Assembly (NCBI GenBank): GCA_964636935.1
Contig: CAZWVS010000003.1
Coordinates: forward strand, 1-33,406
Length of the DNA: 33,406 nucleotides
From: an uncultured Clostridiaceae bacterium
GTDB taxonomy: Bacteria; Bacillota; Clostridia; DUPQ01
Direction of reading: 5' to 3'
Below, one piece after another: positions 27,401-33,406 of the stretch. Numbering within the stretch: position 1 is the stretch's first letter; every line of letters starts with the position of its first letter. The position numbers and the translations under genes are program-made. Below the pieces are notes generated by a model, which saw only the letters and a list, made by a program, of their open reading frames with translations, was not told the DNA's origin and made no database searches.

Positions 27401-27745
27401 TATGTGTATTATGTTGAACCCCGTTCCATACGGGTCCAAAAGCGTACGGATTTCATATCCACCCGGTCCCGGGTACCATTTGTCCGTCGCGCAAAGAAAA
27501 TCGAAGTACATTTTCTCCACACAATTATTGTCGGCCAGGTTTCCAAAAACAATAACGGGACCCTTCGCCCCGGTCATTTGCTCCGCTTCGGGGTTTTCCT
27601 TTATTTCGACCCCCGGACAGCACTTTTCCAATAAATCGACTGCTTTTTCAAAAATCCCCTTTTGACAATTGCCGGGCAGGATCACACTTGTCCTCTCCCC
27701 CGCAATCCTTGTGTCCTTTTGTAATATTCTGTTATCTGTTCTCAT
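24422..27745 (-). CDS. large cytoplasmic multidomain protein: an N-terminal alpha/beta domain, an alpha/alpha-toroid with heparinase II/III-like beta-sandwich, and a C-terminal PQQ/FG-GAP-like beta-propeller
   Basis: Motifs seen are IPRNNHGLIPALG (Asn-His), GIGGGGHSYADSGAIIDFTAYGVPFLVSED (Hepar_II_III-like), and C-terminal blades (GEIIVFSTDGEVQWK, IRCYNRDGEEIWTY, FDIDGDGSDELVVSG, LFAFDTDGLEKW). There is no signal peptide. Confidence 0.6.
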   Translation of the reverse strand: MRTDNRILQKDTRIAGERTSVILPGNCQKGIFEKAVDLLEKCCPGVEIKENPEAEQMTGAKGPVIVFGNLADNNCVEKMYFDFLCATDKWYPGPGGYEIRTLLDPYGTGFNIIHIGYSDREGLESAVKRFETMVGETIEYASDINPSRLHIPDEYAAHIMNDVLDSKKDEYYYTFRPDSKGYLAYLTGNSDVLKDYEDAMKEMLSMPRHHLMIYNRFTVWRLLEVAGMLSDDIAHEYPMVFWDWAKGDEGLGAIDVHEYQASGIPRNNHGLIPALGIKMICGYMDTYHPGMEGVDELEKKADNVFAPYFDGGWKPVCDGLCHGWWLSQPVMLHYGLLDPQKRYFQNEGALKAAKCALAVTNNMGWLASAGDASYRRQHAGFNLRIAASVYNNSEFKYVNDILPFEYSSCGDYSVMLRQFDKGVEPSKPDTGLMTVIPVDKAVYDVWNREEAKYAVKVTDTPPGCEMEKCFDKISFRAGWDANDEFMLVDGIGGGGHSYADSGAIIDFTAYGVPFLVSEDRLAYVDPENHNMATISRNGKRKPIPAFMSIEESWENEDMAYVRMLSYDNNGMDWTREMYFVPGIGTLVNDHMEAKQEGEFSATVHFRTPGSVMIKEDGYVCIRENEDGENIAFILGALNDDETVQGFMKQNYSHLFRTPPGLENPEFDGLDDRKLFMKRYRVNRPEVTAYKAGKVKSMQKGDEFHFTHFLTVGKENERPGRAKVVPEGVLIEKNGIEKVVKFQKGMEPGMEDGMEQEEVDFDFFSNLEHEGKADIMSFDMDENGYAAGDVAGEIIVFSTDGEVQWKVKEEGPVFALCMDGGFLYAGIGDDKLACYKNGFRIWIRKFERIPTMFPWWELESQRIVTLAASNGLVFAGCGDNHIRCYNRDGEEIWTYYLRAAVPARILVFDIDGDGSDELVVSGGILSAYSQIEVVDMKGGLKYRPTPEIGAGWTSYTSSMKVFERNGTRYIAHGTNRNQNLTLLRYSEGGFEEVFSKSLAGSVTALCESDGIIYAGTSLGFLFAFDTDGLEKWFSSLYEGVRHIEKTENGLFVIQSEGTMCRLTEQGKVITMSMDSMRSIAIRNFEDRLMMIHEKGIYSVMKEAEEDGF

Positions 27746-27747
27746 AG

Positions 27748-28509
27748 TTATTCATTCCCTTTCAAAACCAGTCCCACGGGGCAATGGTCGCTGCCCATTA
27801 CATCTGCATAAATCAATGAATCCTCCACTTTGTCCGCAATTGTGTCGGAAACCAGGAAATAGTCGATTCTCCATCCGGCGTTTCTTTCCCTCGCCCGGGT
27901 TATATATGACCACCATGTGTATGCTTCAGTCAAATCGGGATACAGATATCTGAAACTGTCTGTGAAACCGGATTCCAAAAGCCCGGTCATCCTTCCTCTT
28001 TCTTCGTCCGTGAATCCGGCGTTTTTCCTGTTGGACTCGGGATTTTTCAGATCGATTTCATTATGGGCTACATTTAAATCGCCGCATACTACAACCGGTT
28101 TCCTTTCGTTCAATTTCAATAGATATCCTTTGAAAAAAGCCTCCCATTCCATGCGGTAGTCAAGCCTTGCCAGCTCGCGTTGCGAATTCGGGGTGTAGAC
28201 ATTGACAAGGAAATACCCGTCGGTTTCAACGGTCACCATCCGCCCTTCCATGTCATGTTCCGGTATCCCCATGCCGAAAGATACGGAGACAGGCTCCTTT
28301 TTTGTAAAAACAGCGGTGCCCGAATACCCCTTTTTGTAAGCATAGTTCCAATATCCGTAATATCCCTCCGGATCGAACTCTATCTGACCTTCCTGGAGCT
28401 TGGTTTCCTGAATGCAGAAAATGTCCGCATCGGATTCTTTAAAAAACTCTTCAAAACCTTTTTTCATGACAGCCCTCAGTCCGTTCACGTTCCAGGATAT
28501 CAATTTCAT
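27748..28509 (-). CDS. xth: exodeoxyribonuclease III (AP endonuclease)
   Basis: Motifs seen are [27 protein letters not shown] and SDHCPV. GGAGGTG lies upstream. Confidence 0.93.
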   Translation of the reverse strand: MKLISWNVNGLRAVMKKGFEEFFKESDADIFCIQETKLQEGQIEFDPEGYYGYWNYAYKKGYSGTAVFTKKEPVSVSFGMGIPEHDMEGRMVTVETDGYFLVNVYTPNSQRELARLDYRMEWEAFFKGYLLKLNERKPVVVCGDLNVAHNEIDLKNPESNRKNAGFTDEERGRMTGLLESGFTDSFRYLYPDLTEAYTWWSYITRARERNAGWRIDYFLVSDTIADKVEDSLIYADVMGSDHCPVGLVLKGNE

Positions 28510-28527
28510 TTGCGCACCTCCGGTTTC

Positions 28528-28986
28528 TCATTTGTGATATTTTTCGTTGTTGTTGATTTTAAACGTCCTGTAAATCTGTTCAAGCAATATCACCCGCATC
28601 AATTGGTGCGGGAATGTCATTTTTGAAAATGAGAGCCTGAAGTCGGACCTTTTTTTCACATTCTCATGCAATCCGCCGGATCCCCCTATCACAAAAGCTA
28701 TATTGGATGTCCCCCTGACAGCAAGATCCGAAATTTTTTTAGCAAGTTCCACGCTGTCCAGCATTTTACCTTCTATCTCCAAAGTTATGACATATTCGTT
28801 AGGATTGAGTCTAGACAGAATCCCTTCGCCTTCCTTCTCAATCGCTCCGGGGATGTCTTCCCTTTCGTCTTTCACTTCGACAATTTCCGTTTTGCAGTAT
28901 CCGGAAAGCCTTTTCAAGTATTCCGCACAGGCGTTTTTGTGATATTTTTCTTTAAGTTTGCCTACGCTTACAATTTTTATCCTCAT
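28528..28986 (-). CDS. rlmH: 23S rRNA (pseudouridine1915-N3)-methyltransferase RlmH
   Basis: It shows the SPOUT pattern MRIKIVSVGKLKEKY ... FVIGGSGGL ... LSFSKMTFPHQLMRVILLEQIYR. The start overlaps the upstream stop (ATGA). Confidence 0.9.
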   Translation of the reverse strand: MRIKIVSVGKLKEKYHKNACAEYLKRLSGYCKTEIVEVKDEREDIPGAIEKEGEGILSRLNPNEYVITLEIEGKMLDSVELAKKISDLAVRGTSNIAFVIGGSGGLHENVKKRSDFRLSFSKMTFPHQLMRVILLEQIYRTFKINNNEKYHK

Positions 28987-29792
28987 AGCTCAAACACCCT
29001 GCTGGCCCTGTCCCTTAGCGCCACATCCAGCTCCAGCGAATCCGTTTCCTTCAGACCGCATGATGTAAGCCTGGCAATCACTGTTGAATATGCGGTTTCG
29101 GGATGATTGTTTTCGTGGCTTAGATGACCTATGAGGAAGCGCCTGCCGCCTTCTCCCGCCAAAAGCGCAATCGTTTCCCCCGCGATGTCGTTGCACAGAT
29201 GGCCGAACATGCCGCGTATCCTCTTTTTTAAAAAATACGGATAGCTTCCGTTTTCAAGCATGCCGAGATCGTGGTTCGATTCCAGCATGACAAGGTCGCT
29301 CCCCCTTATGTTCTCCAGAATCGTTTCGTTCATGTGGCCGATGTCGGTGGCTATAGCCACTTTTCTACCCTCCGCTTTGAATGTATAGCCCACCGGGTCC
29401 GCTGCGTCGTGAGGGGTTGAAAAAGAGTGTATCTGCAAATCCCCTATTTCAAAATCCGTATTGGCTTTTATGTGCAGTATGTTTGCTTCATTGACAATTC
29501 CGATTGAGTTTTCCATCCCCCGCCATGTGCCCTGTGTGGCATAAACGGGAATATTGTACCTTCTGGACATGACGCCCACACAGGACGAATGGTCGCTGTG
29601 TTCATGGGTGACTATCAATGCATCCAGTTCACAGGCGTCCTCACCGATTGATTCAAGCGCATATTGAATCCTTCGTCCGCTTACTCCGGCATCAATAAGG
29701 ATCCTGGTGCCTCCGTGTGATATGAAAAGCGAATTACCGCTGCTTCCGCTGAAAAGACTGCAAAACTTTATTGTGTTCACCACTTTCATCAT
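28983..29792 (-). CDS. MBL-fold metallo-hydrolase, YycJ/WalJ-like
   Basis: Motifs seen are SGSSGNS, ILIDAGVSG and THEHSDH. It sits next to rlmH, as in Bacillus. Confidence 0.8.
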   Translation of the reverse strand: MMKVVNTIKFCSLFSGSSGNSLFISHGGTRILIDAGVSGRRIQYALESIGEDACELDALIVTHEHSDHSSCVGVMSRRYNIPVYATQGTWRGMENSIGIVNEANILHIKANTDFEIGDLQIHSFSTPHDAADPVGYTFKAEGRKVAIATDIGHMNETILENIRGSDLVMLESNHDLGMLENGSYPYFLKKRIRGMFGHLCNDIAGETIALLAGEGGRRFLIGHLSHENNHPETAYSTVIARLTSCGLKETDSLELDVALRDRASRVFEL

Positions 29793-29935
29793 TTTATACT
29801 GATTATAACCCTCATGGCGCTTTTCCTCAATCCCATAAGGCGCCTTGAAATTTTACAAAACCCGCTTTTTCTTTCCGTAAAATGTTAACAATTTGTAAAT
29901 AAAACCATCGTTAAAAGGTGGGCGTTATGCAACTG

Positions 29936-29944
29936 TGATATAAT
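29936..29944 (+). promoter_or_regulatory. extended -10 promoter element upstream of the TolC-like pair
   Basis: TGATATAAT (TGnTATAAT) lies 28 nt upstream of GTG 29972. No convincing -35 is present. Confidence 0.45.
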
Positions 29945-29971
29945 CATTCATATGAAAACGGAGGCTGTTTC

Positions 29972-31084
29972 GTGAAAAAATCATTTGTTTTTATTTTGAT
30001 AACACTAGTATTTTCACTGTCCTGCTTTGTCTCTCCCGGGCTGGGCTCGGTGCCGAGTCCGCAGGATGAGTATCTACAAAACGACACACAGCTTTCCAGG
30101 CTGCGCGACAGCTATGCCGACATGGTCCTGGACCGGGACGAGCTTCTTGAAAGATATGGGAACATGCGCATCAACGCCAGCAACAGTTTCTATTACGCCC
30201 GTTCTCTCGCATCCAGGGAAAACTCCATAAGAAATGTCGACAACAACATTAAAAACACCCTTTCATCAATAGAAGCACGTAAAGCCTATCTGGAAATATC
30301 CTATAGGGAAATGCTGCAAGGTCTGTACGACAGGACTGAACAAGCCGTTTCCATGGATCGGGCCGCTGCCGAAAAAAGCCGGGCCTTCGCCAATGCGGTC
30401 GACAATTACAAAGCAGGCATAATATCCAAAATGGATTTCCTGCAGGCGGAATATGATGAAAAATCGGCACTGAACATCAAGCTGAAGGCCGACAGGGAAT
30501 TTGACAGATCACTCCGCGCATTCAATTTGAGCCTTGGAAGGCCGATTGACAGCGAATGCCCTGAAATAATTTTTACAGAGGAACCCGGAACCTACGGCGA
30601 CCTTGACGGGTACATCGATACGGCTCTTTCATATTCACCTGATATAATCTCCCTGAAACAGCAAATGCAAAATTTGGAGACCGAAAAAACGCACCTGGAT
30701 AATTTCAAGCTCCCCATCGCACTCGATTATGTAAGGGAATATCTTGAAACCCTGCAAATAAATCTGGATCTTGCCCGTTTGAGGCTTGAAGACGCCATTG
30801 CCGTAAAGGAGGAATGGGTTAAAAGGGAATATGAATCACTGCAGACCGAACCCGACAAACTCAATCTGGCGGCCATGGACAAAAAATTAAACCTGGAAAT
30901 ATATGAAACAAACAAACGCTTGAATTCCCTTGGATATTTAAGCAATGAAGAATTAGTCAAATACCGGGAGAATTACGAGAAGGCGGTTACAACATATTCC
31001 GTTAAAATTTATGAATACAATACAAAGATAAAACAGTTTGAATATGACTGCGCCTGCTATAATCGGGAGGTTTACACGCCATGA
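29972..31084 (+). CDS. secreted TolC/OEP-like coiled-coil protein (short form)
   Basis: The GTG start has GGAGG 7 nt upstream. There is a signal peptide (FVFILITLVFSLSCFVSPGLG). NYKAGIISKMDFLQAEYDEKSALNIKLKADREFDRSLRAFNLSLGRPI is an OEP-repeat-like motif. Confidence 0.5.
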   Translation: MKKSFVFILITLVFSLSCFVSPGLGSVPSPQDEYLQNDTQLSRLRDSYADMVLDRDELLERYGNMRINASNSFYYARSLASRENSIRNVDNNIKNTLSSIEARKAYLEISYREMLQGLYDRTEQAVSMDRAAAEKSRAFANAVDNYKAGIISKMDFLQAEYDEKSALNIKLKADREFDRSLRAFNLSLGRPIDSECPEIIFTEEPGTYGDLDGYIDTALSYSPDIISLKQQMQNLETEKTHLDNFKLPIALDYVREYLETLQINLDLARLRLEDAIAVKEEWVKREYESLQTEPDKLNLAAMDKKLNLEIYETNKRLNSLGYLSNEELVKYRENYEKAVTTYSVKIYEYNTKIKQFEYDCACYNREVYTP

Positions 31085-32133
31085 AGAAAAAAATCATAAT
31101 CATCACCGCTATCCTGCTGGCAGCCGGGGCTCTTGCATTCGCATATGAAACTCTGACATTGTCGCCGGATCAGGCTGCCGAACAAGCCGTCGAAAACAGC
31201 AGACGGGTGGAAATAGACAACCTGATGATGCGGTTGAATCAAATAACATATGAAAACAGTGTGCAAGACGCAAAAATCACGCCTGTAAACACCTATTACG
31301 GGCAGATAGCCAAATATGTAACCCCCATTGAAAGGGAAACCACATATCTGGTTTCAAAAATGACAAACGAAAGGGTCCAAAAACAGACCGAGCTTGATGT
31401 GCTCACAGCCGCCGTTTCATTATATAACAACCAATTGACGGTTGAAGATGCAAGAGTGGCCTATGAAACCGCACGGGAAAATTACAAGACCGCCATTGCT
31501 GATAAAACCACCAGCCGCACCGGCCTTCTCAATCTGGAATATGCGGCCGAATCAAAAAGAATCTCTTTAAAACAGGCGGAAAGCAATCTTGCCGCCGCAA
31601 GACGGAGACTTGATGATTTAACAGGTGTCGAAGGAATTATGGTTTCAATACCTGAAGAGTATGACGACCCCTATGATATCGACCCGGCCAGGGTGATTGA
31701 GTCCAAACTGGATACGGATATCAATTTCTATAGGTTGAAGCGTGAAATGACAGCGGCCCAAAAGAGGTTTGAGATAGCCGGAAGGTTCTTTGACGAAGAG
31801 GATGAAACATACATCAGGGATCTTGCGGGATTAAAGACTGCGGAATTGAATCTGGATTCCGCCGGACGCGAAATTGAAGTCTCGGTTTACGACGACATCG
31901 ACGCATTAAAAACCAAATACGATTCCATCGAGCTTGAGAAGCTAAACAACAGGATCAAGAAGGAGTCTTATGACTCGGCCCTGCGGCAATACAATGCCGG
32001 AATCATTTCCCTTTCGTCTTTTGAATCCTACGAGCATTCCTATGATTCGGCCAAACGCCAGCTGAAGGCTAAAATATATGATTTTGTAACAGCTTCCTTG
32101 AGATTTGAGATTGAAACCGGTTTTTCATTTTAA
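31081..32133 (+). CDS. secreted TolC/OEP-like coiled-coil protein (second, overlapping copy)
   Basis: The ATG overlaps the upstream TGA (ATGA). There is a signal peptide (IIIITAILLAAGALAFA). LTLSPDQAAEQAVENSRRVE and QYNAGIISLSSFESYEHSYDSAKRQL are TolC-like motifs. Confidence 0.5.
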   Translation: MKKKIIIITAILLAAGALAFAYETLTLSPDQAAEQAVENSRRVEIDNLMMRLNQITYENSVQDAKITPVNTYYGQIAKYVTPIERETTYLVSKMTNERVQKQTELDVLTAAVSLYNNQLTVEDARVAYETARENYKTAIADKTTSRTGLLNLEYAAESKRISLKQAESNLAAARRRLDDLTGVEGIMVSIPEEYDDPYDIDPARVIESKLDTDINFYRLKREMTAAQKRFEIAGRFFDEEDETYIRDLAGLKTAELNLDSAGREIEVSVYDDIDALKTKYDSIELEKLNNRIKKESYDSALRQYNAGIISLSSFESYEHSYDSAKRQLKAKIYDFVTASLRFEIETGFSF

Positions 32134-32150
32134 GCCGGAATCCCGGTTTT
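32132..32150 (+). terminator. weak terminator-like hairpin after the TolC-like pair
   Basis: The sequence is GCCGG-AATC-CCGG followed by TTTT. Confidence 0.35.
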
Positions 32151-32244
32151 GATGCCATGGGTATTTGTTCCAAGATAATATGTCTTTTTGTAAATATCCG
32201 ATATTTGTATTAATATATGATTATTGAAAAAGGAGGTGCTTGAA

Positions 32245-32493
32245 ATGCTTTTTTGGCCATGGATTTTTGAATTGTCCAATCCGCGTATACTATTGATATT
32301 GTTGCCCCTTCTGCTTATCGGCCTAATAATCTGGGCGGTTATCAGGCTTTCGGGTTCATCCGATTCACGCGTCAAGGAATATCAAAGGCAGGAAAAACAA
32401 AACGAAGCTTTGGAAATATTGAATAAGAGGCTTGCGGCGGGGGATATCAGCGAAGAGGATTACGACCGGCTCAAGTCGAAAATACTGCAATGA
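32245..32493 (+). CDS. small membrane-anchored SHOCT-domain protein
   Basis: ATG 32245 lies 6 nt after AAGGAGGTG. There is one TM (ILLILLPLLLIGLIIWAVI). The C-terminus LNKRLAAGDISEEDYDRLKSKIL is a SHOCT motif. Confidence 0.65.
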   Translation: MLFWPWIFELSNPRILLILLPLLLIGLIIWAVIRLSGSSDSRVKEYQRQEKQNEALEILNKRLAAGDISEEDYDRLKSKILQ

Positions 32494-32523
32494 AAAAACT
32501 CCGCAGTCAAGCGGAGTTTTTTT
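32494..32523. terminator. bidirectional rho-independent terminator
   Basis: The sequence is AAAAA-ACTCCGC-AGTCAA-GCGGAGT-TTTTTT. It lies between the SHOCT gene and the convergent gcvPB. Confidence 0.85.
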
Positions 32524-32575
32524 ATGCTTAAGTGAAGAACACCCGTGACTTTAGTCATGAGAGGTTCAATGGACT

Positions 32576-33406
32576 TTAATCTTCATATTGATGTTTCAGC
32601 ACCGGATTCCTTGCAGCCCTCACCTCGTCCAATCTTCCCACCTTAGTAGTCCTCGGGGCTTCATTTACAATACTAGGATCATTTTCAATCTCCCGATTTA
32701 TTTTCACCAGCGCATCGATAAACCCGTCCAGCGTCTCCAGGGACTCCGTCTCGGTGGGTTCTATCATCATGGCTTCCTTTACGACCATGGGGAAATAGAT
32801 TGTGGGGGGATGGAACCCATAATCAAGCAGCCTTTTTGCAATTGACAGGGTGTTCGCCCCCTTTTTCTTTTGCCTTTCTCCGGATATGACAAATTCATGC
32901 ATGCATTTTTCACCGAAGGGGATATCATAATCTTCACTGAGGCATTTAAGCATATAGTTTGCATTAAGAACCGCATTTTCCGAAATCTGCACAAGCCCCT
33001 CCGCACCCATGGTGAGAATATAGGCGTATGCCCTTGCGAGCACAAGGAAATTTCCGTAAAAAGCCTTCACCCTCCCAATCGAATCGGGTTTTTCATAATC
33101 CAGTTTGTAATAATCAACTTTTTTCACTATCGCCGGTACGGGCAGGAAAGGTTCAAGAACCTTCGTGACCCCTACAGGTCCCGCGCCCGGCCCTCCTCCT
33201 CCGTGAGGCGTGGAAAACGTCTTATGTAGATTCAAATGCACCACATCGAAGCCCATATCCCCCGGTCTTGCTTTTCCGAGTATGGCATTGGCGTTGGCTC
33301 CGTCGTAATACAAAAGACCTCCGCAGTCATGGATCACTTCGGAAATTTCACGTATGTCTTTTTCAAATAGTCCGAGGGTGTTCGGATTGGTGAGCATCAG
33401 TCCGGC
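32576..33406 (-). CDS. gcvPB: glycine dehydrogenase (aminomethyl-transferring) subunit 2, 3' portion. The gene runs off the right edge of the window.
   Basis: It contains the PLP-lysine region [23 protein letters not shown]. The frame is open to the window end. Confidence 0.92.
   Translation of the reverse strand, partial: AGLMLTNPNTLGLFEKDIREISEVIHDCGGLLYYDGANANAILGKARPGDMGFDVVHLNLHKTFSTPHGGGGPGAGPVGVTKVLEPFLPVPAIVKKVDYYKLDYEKPDSIGRVKAFYGNFLVLARAYAYILTMGAEGLVQISENAVLNANYMLKCLSEDYDIPFGEKCMHEFVISGERQKKKGANTLSIAKRLLDYGFHPPTIYFPMVVKEAMMIEPTETESLETLDGFIDALVKINREIENDPSIVNEAPRTTKVGRLDEVRAARNPVLKHQYED

Noticed and set aside
1-33406. Mobile element, prophage or defence island
   Set aside because: I recognised no integrase, transposase, recombinase, terminal inverted repeats, tRNA attachment site, restriction or abortive-infection-type domains, or toxin-antitoxin pairs. 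Accessory content is limited to carbohydrate-active-like genes and transporters.

Overview
The window looks like a Firmicutes/Clostridia chromosomal segment: GGAGG-type ribosome-binding sites, YycJ(WalJ)-RlmH synteny, and a solitary ECF S-component. I support 25 protein-coding genes. I found no rRNA, tRNA, CRISPR array, transposase or integrase. Housekeeping genes (murA, xth, rlmH, a walJ-like MBL hydrolase, zupT, gcvPB, a DagK-like lipid kinase) are interleaved with many carbohydrate-active-like genes. These are GH38, GH127, a GH42-like/GHL6 protein, a DUF4015-like lipoprotein, three heparinase II/III-like or toroid-like proteins, and two Gfo/Idh/MocA oxidoreductases. All of these except the lipoprotein lack signal peptides. 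The window contains no transcription factor and no sugar transporter. The features least explained by the gene list are listed below.

- **Tandem repeat array (22246-22520):** a 25-bp head-to-tail array with 8 good copies, degenerate flanking copies and an invariant 13-mer. It abuts the promoter of the ECF S-component gene.
- **Leader RNA:** the leader of that same gene carries two near-identical bulged-A hairpins.
- **Recurring gene module:** twice, a large cytoplasmic glycan-enzyme-like protein is followed by a translationally coupled Gfo/Idh/MocA oxidoreductase. One instance is a 1107-aa heparinase-like/beta-propeller fusion inserted after xth.
- **MMPL pair:** an MMPL transporter is paired with a secreted LxxG heptad-repeat protein.
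- **TolC/OEP-like pair:** two overlapping TolC/OEP-like genes have no pump partner.

All functional calls come from motif recognition by eye and no database search was run.
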